Shown: positions 18,002 through 26,448 of the stretch, one piece after another
How positions within the stretch are numbered: position 1 is the first letter of the stretch
How the letters are laid out: every line of letters begins with the position of its first letter
Assembly: GCA_965214095.1 (NCBI GenBank)
Contig: OZ243938.1
Location: 2,464,001-2,528,000, forward strand
DNA from: Candidatus Poribacteria bacterium
GTDB lineage: Bacteria > Poribacteria > WGA-4E > WGA-3G
Direction: 5' to 3'
DNA length: 64,000 nucleotides
The notes under the pieces: generated by a model
The model's input: only the letters and a program-made list of their open reading frames with translations
Database searches by the model: none
Told to the model about the DNA's origin: nothing
Position numbers and translations under genes: made by a program

Positions 18002-20992
18002 ATGACATTGAAATTGCCTAAATTCTTGAATGCCTTACCTAAACAAAACCGCATATTAAGCATCTTTGTTCTGGTGTGCATCGGGTTATTCGTCCTTATA
18101 CCAGGGGATCTGTTTGCACAACGTGGTCAGGGAACAATGGAAGTTGCTGAACGGGATGAGGAAACTGGTGAACCCTTAACGTTTAACTTCAACTTCACCA
18201 GTGATGAACTCAAAAATGTGTTTGAATGGCTTTCAAGAGAAACTGACCTTACGATTATCGCAAGTGAAAACGATATTCAAGGGAAAAAATTCGCATTAAT
18301 TAACCTCAGAAACGTTACGCTTGATGAAGTCATAGAGCATGTCAAAACAATACTCGCTCAATACAACTTAACTTTTGTTAGATCCAATAGCACCCTCATT
18401 GTGACAACTTTTGAGAAAGCAAAAGTAATGAATGTACCTGTCAAAATCATAGAGGCTAATCCTGATCTGGTTGAAATGACCGATGAAATACAAACATATA
18501 TCATCCAATTAGTAAATGCATCAGCATCGGAACAAGTAGACAAATTGAAACCTTTATTGAATAGACAGGCAAACATCTTCGCTGACTCAACGACCAACGC
18601 ACTTATTATTACAGATGTGTCATCAAACATCCGTAGAATCGTCTCAATTTTGCAATTTGCAGATGAAGGCGACCCTTCTCCATTAAAGATAGCTTTAGTT
18701 CCACTCGCATACGCGGACGCTGAATCTCTACAACAAACACTTGAACAAGTATTTGAGGATAACGATGAAGATGACATACAACCAAGAGGTCAAGTCGGTA
18801 TGACCCCTGAGGAGATTAAACAAGCTATTGAACAAGGTTTAGGTGTGCCATTGGTTAAGGGAATGGTTAAAGTGGAGGCAGATAGCAGTTCAAATACCAT
18901 TATTCTTAAAGCCGCCGAAGACAATCTAATAATCCTTAAAGAAATAATTCTGCATCTTGATAAATCTCAAGGACTTCAGACAGAAATTCGCACTTATAGA
19001 CTACAGTATGCAATCGCAGAGGATGTCGCCACAATACTTGATCAGATTATTGTTGGTGAAAGCGATGCAGGTGATAGAGCAAGATTTGACAGAGAGGATA
19101 TGTTTAGATTACGCAGAGAACGCAGAGAACGAGGTCTATCAGTTGACCTTTTCCAAGGGATTATCGGACTTGTAAATATCACCAGTGATGATCGGTTGAA
19201 CATTGTAATTGTCTCTACTGACCCGCGGAATTATACTATCATTGAGAAAATTATTGAAGTGCTTGATCAAAAACAAACAGAAAATGAATTCAAGATGTAT
19301 CTACTTGAATTTGCTGATGCTACAACTCTCAAAGAACAATTAACCGCCCTGTTTGAAGGTGAGGATACGGGTGGTAGCGAACGGAATTGGTGGGATTGGG
19401 ATAGTAGATCATCATCAAATCAAGATACCGGTTTCGGTGTACAAGGAACTGTTCACATTGTAGAAAATATTAGACTCAATGCTTTGCTCATTTCTACTTC
19501 TGCTAACAATTTTCCGATGATAGATGATTTAATTGAGAAACTTGATGTTACCCTTCCCGACCAAGAGTGGGGGTCAAGAATCTTTTATCTCAAATATGCT
19601 GATGCTGAAAATATCGCAAATCTGATAAATACACATTACCAAGGTAACCAAGACGATTTTAGTGGCGGTAGTAGTTACTCCTACTACAGATATTATCTGC
19701 CACAACGTCAATCAACCCCACAAGCACAAGGTTCACTCGCAGGTAATGTCGCTGCTCAACCTTTAGCAAGTCATAATGCACTCATCGTATCTACAGGAAC
19801 AAAACGAAACTTTGAGATGGTAGAAAGTTTTATTGAGCAGCTTGATATACCCACGCCTGAAGAACAGGTAGAAGTCACCGATATAATTCGCCTTGAATAT
19901 GCAACTGCGGATTCTATTGCACAGTTGCTATCACAAGTTTGGCAGGACCAACAAGCTGAGGATGATGGGTTTGGTTTCTTTTTCTTTTATGACGATGATA
20001 ATCGCAATCAGGATGAATCGAGTGACATTAATTCACTTTATGGTAAGGTGACAGTCTATGCTGACCCAAATACGAACTCGCTTGTTGTTACGACTCGCCG
20101 CCGCTATCTTGAGCAGGTGAGAGCACTCATTAAACAACTTGATTTCGTCCGAGGGCAAGTGCGCATTGATATTAAGATCCTTGAAGTCACCCTTGATGAG
20201 ACAACAAAACTCGGTATTGAAGCAGCTGCCACTGAGAAGAGACTCGGTGGTCTTGAACTTAGTCCAATTAACCCACTCATCGGTGATGCCAATGCAAACC
20301 TTGGACTCGCGCAAGAAATTTCAGGTTTCAATTATAGTTTGGCTACGAAAGAATATATGGCACTACTTTATACACTCATCCGTGAAAATAAAGTCAAGAC
20401 GCTTTCAACACCGACAATCACAACGCGTGATAGTCGTCCGGCAACATGGAGTAGTGGACGCCGCATTCCATACCTACAAAGTGTAGATACCAATAGCATC
20501 CTTGGAGATACCGCCACACAACCGCTTTTCAACTACGATTTTATTGATCCACCAGTTGGTATTAATATTGCACTTACACCTCATATTGCAAAATCACTGG
20601 CTGGAGAAGACGGCAAACGGACAATCGGTTTAAATATAACAAATATCAGTGCAAGTAACTTCATTGAATTTACAGAGTTCAATGCGCCGATAACAGACGA
20701 CAATGCACTAAGTGCGTACGTTGATGTTGAAGATGGACAACAACTAATTGTAGGTGGTATCATTCGTAAAAAGCAGAAACAGGTAGAAAATAAAGTGCCT
20801 ATACTCGGAGATATTCCATTACTCGGACGGCTTTTCAAAAGCACAGAAACCGTCGCTGAAGATACAGAGATCGTCTTTATAATAACACCCCATATAATAG
20901 ACATCAAGAATCCAGAGGATATAAAAAAGTTGAGACAGACTGAGGATGATTGGCGAAAAAATGGAATGAACGAATTTGAGTACTCTGAATAA
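18002..20992 (+). CDS. gspD: secretin GspD, copy 2 (996 aa), tandem paralog
   Basis: Collinear with and highly similar to copy 1; same secretin motifs. Confidence 0.93.
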   Translation: MTLKLPKFLNALPKQNRILSIFVLVCIGLFVLIPGDLFAQRGQGTMEVAERDEETGEPLTFNFNFTSDELKNVFEWLSRETDLTIIASENDIQGKKFALINLRNVTLDEVIEHVKTILAQYNLTFVRSNSTLIVTTFEKAKVMNVPVKIIEANPDLVEMTDEIQTYIIQLVNASASEQVDKLKPLLNRQANIFADSTTNALIITDVSSNIRRIVSILQFADEGDPSPLKIALVPLAYADAESLQQTLEQVFEDNDEDDIQPRGQVGMTPEEIKQAIEQGLGVPLVKGMVKVEADSSSNTIILKAAEDNLIILKEIILHLDKSQGLQTEIRTYRLQYAIAEDVATILDQIIVGESDAGDRARFDREDMFRLRRERRERGLSVDLFQGIIGLVNITSDDRLNIVIVSTDPRNYTIIEKIIEVLDQKQTENEFKMYLLEFADATTLKEQLTALFEGEDTGGSERNWWDWDSRSSSNQDTGFGVQGTVHIVENIRLNALLISTSANNFPMIDDLIEKLDVTLPDQEWGSRIFYLKYADAENIANLINTHYQGNQDDFSGGSSYSYYRYYLPQRQSTPQAQGSLAGNVAAQPLASHNALIVSTGTKRNFEMVESFIEQLDIPTPEEQVEVTDIIRLEYATADSIAQLLSQVWQDQQAEDDGFGFFFFYDDDNRNQDESSDINSLYGKVTVYADPNTNSLVVTTRRRYLEQVRALIKQLDFVRGQVRIDIKILEVTLDETTKLGIEAAATEKRLGGLELSPINPLIGDANANLGLAQEISGFNYSLATKEYMALLYTLIRENKVKTLSTPTITTRDSRPATWSSGRRIPYLQSVDTNSILGDTATQPLFNYDFIDPPVGINIALTPHIAKSLAGEDGKRTIGLNITNISASNFIEFTEFNAPITDDNALSAYVDVEDGQQLIVGGIIRKKQKQVENKVPILGDIPLLGRLFKSTETVAEDTEIVFIITPHIIDIKNPEDIKKLRQTEDDWRKNGMNEFEYSE

Positions 20993-21030
20993 TAAATAAT
21001 AAAATGTAGACATTGATTTATCCTTAGATA

Positions 21031-21060
21031 TGGGACGGGTGCTTAACTCGTCCCAATTTT
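21031..21060 (+). terminator. probable intrinsic terminator of the secretion operon
   Basis: TGGGACG(G)GT...ACTCGTCCCA hairpin followed by ATTTT. Confidence 0.6.
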
Positions 21061-21064
21061 CATT

Positions 21065-21260
21065 TGTAGTAAAAACCATAATTATTTACACACGACGGTA
21101 GGTTCGGTTTCCTAACCGAACCTTATGCGTCAATTTAGCGTCCTTCCAAGTGCCGGTAGGTTCGGTTTCCTAACCGAACCGGTGTTTGTTCAGTATCATA
21201 GATGCGGTTAGGAAACCGCATCTACCGAGGAGTGTGCACCTATTTTTGCATTTCACTATA
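21065..21260. mobile_element. composite REP-containing MITE-like element, copy 1
   Basis: Ends TGTAGTAAAAACC...ATTTCACTATA; two direct GTAGGTTCGGTTTCCTAACCGAACC hairpins plus one inverted copy; homologous to 49038-49266. Confidence 0.75.
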
Positions 21261-21281
21261 TAATGTAGAAATAATTATTTC

Positions 21282-21310
21282 TTGACAAATTTTATCACAC
21301 TTGCTATACT
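21282..21310 (+). promoter_or_regulatory. sigma-70 type promoter
   Basis: TTGACA-17 nt-TATACT upstream of the gene at 21538. Confidence 0.7.
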
Positions 21311-21537
21311 ACTGACTTGCATTGCTTGATATAGGATTTACTTGCCTCAGAAAATCAAGCAATTCCCATAATGAAATCGCGGCTACTCAATAAAATGCTT
21401 GTAATAGTCGCATTTTCCAATTAATACATTTTTACTATGGGATATCCATAAATAAAACTTCGATTTTCCATAGAAAAAACATTGAAATTTTATAGGTTTG
21501 ACACCTATATGCTATTTTTAAAGGAGATCTGATTTAA

Positions 21538-22410
21538 ATGAAAAGTTATATTGGTATTGTCATTGTTGTGCTTATGTTAAGTGCGACAATAGTTACAGCA
21601 AACGATCTTGCTATCTATTCTGGTCCCACAAATCCTGATTGGATTTCTGCTGGTGCTGTTGAGGAAAATACTGAAACAGTTATGACCGACGCTGGTGTAA
21701 AAGCACTCTTTAATAAGATTGAAAACTTTGGCGATGGTGACGAAATGGGTGATGACTCTCCACTTGGACAGTGGTGTGTTGAACACACAGGAAATGGACA
21801 GCAGGATGTTATTCTCCTTGCATGTGGTACATCTCCGAGTGCGCTATATCCGTTTCCCAATCTCAAACCAGATGGGTCAAACGTAGAGAACTTTATTGAA
21901 GCAGGAAACGTCGTTATCAACGTCGCTGACTGGATCTTCTACATGAGTTATGAAGGTGGTGTCCGCAGTGCAGATAACGCGGCAGCTGGTGCTGCAAATG
22001 TCTTTGACATCCCAGGATTAGATTTTGGTGAACGCGGTCAAGGAACTTTCGCTATGAAACCCACCGATTTAGGTGAAAAGTATATCCCTTCCCTGGCAAA
22101 TTTTAGTTCTAATCGACCATGGCATGTTGAACAGTTTGCCAATACAGACTGGGATTTAGTTATTTTTGCCGAAGCAGATGCAAATAACGCGGATCCCGCG
22201 GTTGCTATTAGCAAAGAATCTGGTGAAGATGGAACTGGTATGATTGCTGCGATGTGGCAGGCTGCAATACCGGTTTGGCAGGGGACAGACCCGCGTGGTA
22301 TCGGTGTAGTAGAATTCATCACGAATTGGTTATCTGAAAATGCGACATTGGATGTGCATGCAAATAATAAGTTGTCTACAACTTGGGGACACATCAAACA
22401 AGGTCGGTAA
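21538..22410 (+). CDS. secreted hypothetical protein with KLxTTWGxIK C-terminal tail
   Basis: AAGGAG RBS, Sec signal ending ...IVTA, ends LDVHANNKLSTTWGHIKQGR. Confidence 0.85.
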   Translation: MKSYIGIVIVVLMLSATIVTANDLAIYSGPTNPDWISAGAVEENTETVMTDAGVKALFNKIENFGDGDEMGDDSPLGQWCVEHTGNGQQDVILLACGTSPSALYPFPNLKPDGSNVENFIEAGNVVINVADWIFYMSYEGGVRSADNAAAGAANVFDIPGLDFGERGQGTFAMKPTDLGEKYIPSLANFSSNRPWHVEQFANTDWDLVIFAEADANNADPAVAISKESGEDGTGMIAAMWQAAIPVWQGTDPRGIGVVEFITNWLSENATLDVHANNKLSTTWGHIKQGR

Positions 22411-22425
22411 ACTGATTCATCTTAT

Positions 22426-22459
22426 GCGGGGACAGTGGTTGAACTGTTCCCGCTTTTTT
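22426..22459 (+). terminator. intrinsic terminator
   Basis: GCGGGGACAGT...ACTGTTCCCGC followed by TTTTTT, between convergent genes. Confidence 0.75.
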
Positions 22460-22464
22460 AATTC

Positions 22465-23136
22465 CTAACGTATATTCCGATATAGTTTCGCAAGTCTATC
22501 CAATGAGAACCCTATAGAATAAAGAAAGGTGATTAGCCAATTTTTTGCTGTTGTGTTGATAATACCGTTTCTTTCCCATCTGCGTGCAGAGATATGAATA
22601 TGCGGTTTCACCATTTTTGTCTTTCCTAACCTTCGCAACTCTTTAGAAAAACCCATCTCCTCCATAATCGGGACATCTGGAAATCCACCAATTTTTTGAA
22701 AGTCTGTTCGCCGGACGAAAATGCCGCTATCTCCGTAGAAAATCTTTAGATACTTACCACGCATGTTTGCAGATAACTCAATGAGACGATATAGTAAACT
22801 TTTCCCATCAATCTTTTGAAGAAATCCCCCACCAATGTACCCCGATGACAACGCTGCTTCTACTGCATTGAATGCTCCTTTTTCAAGCCAAACATCTGCG
22901 TGTAGGAAGATGAGGATATCGCCATTTGCTGCGTTTACGCCTGCATTTAATTGTTTTGCGCGTCCGCGTTCGGATTTGATTACTTTCCCATATTTTTCAG
23001 CAATTTGGACAGAATTGTCTGTGCTTCCACCATCAACAACAATGAGTTCATGTCCTTCCAATTCTGGTTGAAGTTGAGATAACGTTTTATCTAAAATCTT
23101 TGCTTCATTCAGGACGGGTATAATAACTGAAATCAT
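22465..23136 (-). CDS. GT2 glycosyltransferase (TIGR04283-like)
   Basis: ISVIIPVLNE, VVDGGSTD, GRAKQLNAG, FLHAD, YGDSGIF, GGFPDVPIMEE, SARRW. Confidence 0.88.
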   Translation of the reverse strand: MISVIIPVLNEAKILDKTLSQLQPELEGHELIVVDGGSTDNSVQIAEKYGKVIKSERGRAKQLNAGVNAANGDILIFLHADVWLEKGAFNAVEAALSSGYIGGGFLQKIDGKSLLYRLIELSANMRGKYLKIFYGDSGIFVRRTDFQKIGGFPDVPIMEEMGFSKELRRLGKTKMVKPHIHISARRWERNGIINTTAKNWLITFLYSIGFSLDRLAKLYRNIR

Positions 23137-23148
23137 TTTTCAACACTA

Positions 23149-23251
23149 TATAGTGAATTATAAATATAAGTTGACACTTTCGACCCACGGTAGGCGAGGT
23201 TTCCTAACCTCGCCGATGCAGAGTGTTCAAGTAATTTCAAAATCTACTATA
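23149..23251 (+). mobile_element. 103-bp TATAGT-ended MITE carrying one GTAG REP, copy 1 of 5
   Basis: ~30-bp imperfect TIRs (TATAGTGAATTATAAAT.../...ATTTCAAAATCTACTATA) around GTAGGCGAGGTTTCCTAACCTCGCC. Confidence 0.88.
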
Positions 23252-24965
23252 TCACGGCATTATTGATATATTGATTCAGTGCCAATATTGGAAAAACAGA
23301 AGCGTAGATTGGATCACCGTATCCCCCGATTACTTCCCAATAAATACCGACACAACTTTCTTGCCATGAACCTTCTTCTCGCTGTTGTTCAAGGAGAAAC
23401 TGAATGCCTTTTTGGGCTGCAGAACTATTTGCATCAACAAGTAACAATGCATAGGAACACCATGCGGTTTGCTCAACTGTGGTTCCAATCGGATTGCCAA
23501 ACATATCTTCTCCCCAACCACCGTCCTCATTTTGGGTTAGTTTTAGCCACTGCACCGCTCGTGTAATTTCAGGTGCGTCTTTGCATCCTGCTTTTACAAG
23601 TGCTGCAAGCGCGCATGCTGTCCCGTAGGTTCGCTTTGCTAACCAAAGGTCATCCCAATAGCCATCCTTATGTATGTTAGACCGAAGCCATTTTATTCCG
23701 TTGTCAACATAAACCTGACTTTCACCATGCACGAGTAACGCTTCAATGGCATGTGCTGTGATACTCACACATCCGACATCACCTTGTCCAGGTTGATATG
23801 TACTCCAACTTCCGTCTGTGCCTTGGTTCTGTTTTAGCCATTCGATTCCACGTTGAACAGCACTTTTAGCATCATCGGATTGTAGGTTTGCTCGTATGAT
23901 AGCGAGGGTAGCTAAGGCTGTGTCGTCTGCATCGCTTGGAAGTGTACTGTCGCGCATCCCAGAAAATGCCCATCCGCCGTTGTCATTTTGATGGTCAACA
24001 AGCCACTGTGCTCCTTTCTGGATTACTTCTGGATTGCCGTTATATCTTGTGTCTGCCTCCGTCAAAGCGATAATGCTCAAGCCTGTATCCCATACATTAA
24101 GGTTCAGTGCCTCTCGACAACCACCATCGGGATTCTTAGTATTCTGTAGCCATTCAATTCCCTTTTCAATCAATGCGGAAATATCGGAGTCTACATCCAT
24201 TTTTTTGCTGAGTTCAATGAGTGCTAAAACAGATAATGCGGTGATATAATTGACACGAAACCAACTGCCATCACTGAGAACCCGTTCTTTTAGCCAAGCC
24301 ACTAAAGCATTGATTATATCGGAACGTTCTGTGGTGTTTAGTTCTATCAGGATAAAAACCGGCACTAAGGTGTGTTGCTCAGCAATAAATAACTCATCAA
24401 ATAGTGATGTGTTGAACATGTCTACGGGTGGTAGTTTGTTTCGGGGCGGTTTCAGGACAGCACGCAATGCGGGGATCCGTGTAAGAAACTTAACAAATTT
24501 CATCAATGGCAATGCATTTTTTGAAACGGTCAATTTCTCCCAGTCATAACGATTGAATGCTGCATAGGCGAGTTTGACTAAAGCGAGATCAAGTGGATAA
24601 ATCGGTATACGTGATATACATTTCTCAAGCTGTGGTGTAGATTCGTTTTCACTGACCTGTTCCAAGATCAATCGGGAAAACAACGTAGCTTCAGAGTTCG
24701 TCTGATTTGCAGCATCCAATCCCCATGAACCGTGTTCGTTTTGGTTTTTTATGAACCAGTCAACTAATGTCGGTTCTGGCATTTCACCTTGGGCAAGTTG
24801 GATCCATGCATACGCACAAGATGGGAACGTGCTTGAGGAAAGTTGTCCTTCAAAGTTTCCATTCGGCTGCTGTTGTGTGAGCAAAAAGTCAATACTGCGT
24901 GTTAATGCAGATGTTGCTTGTTGGTTTATATCTGAGTTGGGTTGTGGTTTCTGTTCTTGATGCAT
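23247..24965 (-). CDS. squalene-hopene cyclase-like class II terpene cyclase (prenyltransferase/QW-repeat protein)
   Basis: About nine QW-type repeats (QNEHGSWG, QNDNGGWAF, QGTDGSWS, QNEDGGWGE, QREEGSW), NVWDT, and DADDTA (DxDD). Start at 24965 or 25007. Confidence 0.8.
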   Translation of the reverse strand: MHQEQKPQPNSDINQQATSALTRSIDFLLTQQQPNGNFEGQLSSSTFPSCAYAWIQLAQGEMPEPTLVDWFIKNQNEHGSWGLDAANQTNSEATLFSRLILEQVSENESTPQLEKCISRIPIYPLDLALVKLAYAAFNRYDWEKLTVSKNALPLMKFVKFLTRIPALRAVLKPPRNKLPPVDMFNTSLFDELFIAEQHTLVPVFILIELNTTERSDIINALVAWLKERVLSDGSWFRVNYITALSVLALIELSKKMDVDSDISALIEKGIEWLQNTKNPDGGCREALNLNVWDTGLSIIALTEADTRYNGNPEVIQKGAQWLVDHQNDNGGWAFSGMRDSTLPSDADDTALATLAIIRANLQSDDAKSAVQRGIEWLKQNQGTDGSWSTYQPGQGDVGCVSITAHAIEALLVHGESQVYVDNGIKWLRSNIHKDGYWDDLWLAKRTYGTACALAALVKAGCKDAPEITRAVQWLKLTQNEDGGWGEDMFGNPIGTTVEQTAWCSYALLLVDANSSAAQKGIQFLLEQQREEGSWQESCVGIYWEVIGGYGDPIYASVFPILALNQYINNAVI

Positions 24966-25119
24966 TTCTTGATATTCTAAAAATAAAATCTGTGTGAAGT
25001 ATATCATATATGGTTGAGATAGACAACTTTATTCTCTAAGTAACCCTAACAACAATTTTGAAATACTTGTCAAGCAACAGAATATGTGGTATGATTTTAT
25101 CTATGAAAGGAGTCATAAA

Positions 25120-26172
25120 ATGGCGATAGGATTAGGTGTTATTGGGATCAATCCGACCAATATGGGATCAACGGCAGCACTGCTTAAAGATGTACCGGAC
25201 CTTGATTACGAACTTCGTGGTATCTGTGCGAAACGTCCGGATGTGCTTGAAAACTATGCTAAGCAGATTGGTGTCGATTTTTGGACGACTGATTACCGTG
25301 CGTTGGTGCAGCGAGAGGATATTTCTGTTGTTGCTGTATATTCCCCTGACCATCTGCATGCAGAACATTGTATTGCTGCAATTGAAGCAGGAAAGCATGT
25401 AGTCTGCACAAAACCGATGGTAACATCCTTGGCAGATGCACAGAAGTTGGTAGATTTAGTCAGAAAGCACGGTGTCAAATTTCTTGTCGGTCAGACGATG
25501 CGTTTTGATCTGCAGTTTCTGACAATGAAGCGACTTTTTGACGATGGTGATTTGGGTGACATCATGGTTGCGGATGCATATTATGTTCATGACATGCGTG
25601 ATGTCTACGATTTCACACCGTGGCGACTCCAAGTGCCACAAGACCTTATGTTTGGTGGTGTTGTGCATCCTGTTGATATTTTACGCAGTTTTCTCGGTGA
25701 TGTTGAGGAGGTGCATGCCTACGGCACGAAAGGCACACTCACACCTGAATATCCGATTAATAACAACTTCTTTCTCAATCTGAAATTTGAAAGCGGACAG
25801 ATTGCAAGAGCGATGGGACTTTATGATGTCGTTCATCCACCGATGCCGATGATGCAGGTTTCCATTTACGGCACGAAAGGCACAATGATTGGCGACTTTA
25901 CAGATAATAAGGGTGGTCAGGTAAAATTGATGCTGGACAAGATGTCCGCGAGAGAACCTTTTGAGATGGCTTGTCCTCCTGAATTAGACACAAGTGTTTA
26001 TGGACATGGACAAACGGTAATACGATATATGCGTCATTTTCAACAGTGTCTTGAACAAGATTTGGAACCATCTCCGAATGTGGTTGATGGTGCAAAGTCT
26101 ATCGCAGTAGGGGTTGCTGCATGGGAGTCGGTTGAAACGGGTAAACCTATGAAAGTGTTTAACGATTTTTAG
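25120..26172 (+). CDS. Gfo/Idh/MocA family oxidoreductase
   Basis: SPDHLHAEH, AGKHVVCTKPM, VGQTMRF, GVVHPVD; AGGAG RBS before ATG 25120. Confidence 0.9.
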   Translation: MAIGLGVIGINPTNMGSTAALLKDVPDLDYELRGICAKRPDVLENYAKQIGVDFWTTDYRALVQREDISVVAVYSPDHLHAEHCIAAIEAGKHVVCTKPMVTSLADAQKLVDLVRKHGVKFLVGQTMRFDLQFLTMKRLFDDGDLGDIMVADAYYVHDMRDVYDFTPWRLQVPQDLMFGGVVHPVDILRSFLGDVEEVHAYGTKGTLTPEYPINNNFFLNLKFESGQIARAMGLYDVVHPPMPMMQVSIYGTKGTMIGDFTDNKGGQVKLMLDKMSAREPFEMACPPELDTSVYGHGQTVIRYMRHFQQCLEQDLEPSPNVVDGAKSIAVGVAAWESVETGKPMKVFNDF

Positions 26173-26184
26173 TATAGACATTTG

Positions 26185-26308
26185 TAAGCAATATTAAATA
26201 ATAATCTTCCGACTTTTTCGGCAGATGACGACACCGAGTTCGTAGGGGCCGGGTTTCCCCGCCCGCTATCAATGGACAATGTGCATATCTAATATTCAAA
26301 CTTGCTTA
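26185..26308. mobile_element. MITE-like element with TAAGCAA ends carrying a GTAG REP
   Basis: Left end TAAGCAATATTAAATA versus right-end reverse complement TAAGCAAGTTTGAATA; internal GTAGGGGCCGGGTTTCCCCGCCC. Confidence 0.55.
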
Positions 26309-26340
26309 AGAGCATTTCTAATAGAAAACGCCACATTTTT

Positions 26341-26364
26341 GTAGCATAAACTGCCAGTTTGTGC
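26341..26364 (+). repeat. GTAG REP hairpin (CACAAACT type)
   Basis: GTAGCATAAACT-GCC-AGTTTGTGC; same type as 52056 and its inverted partner ending at 52226. Confidence 0.55.
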
Positions 26365-26448
26365 AATCCTTCAAGACATCCTTAACAAATGTTAATGGGA
26401 TAAACATTTATAGAAATGGTATAACTATAGATCAAGGACGTTATATTT

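Noticed and set aside
14878-20992. Secretin pair as an assembly duplication or a DGR template/variable pair
   Set aside because: Differences are widespread, include indels and synonymous changes of all base types, and no reverse transcriptase is present.
23170-23200. TTGACA inside the 103-bp MITE as a -35 box
   Set aside because: There is no -10 hexamer at 16-18 nt; the REP stem lies there.
23247-24965. Oxidosqualene (sterol) cyclase call
   Set aside because: The catalytic motif is DADD (DxDD), not DCTAE.
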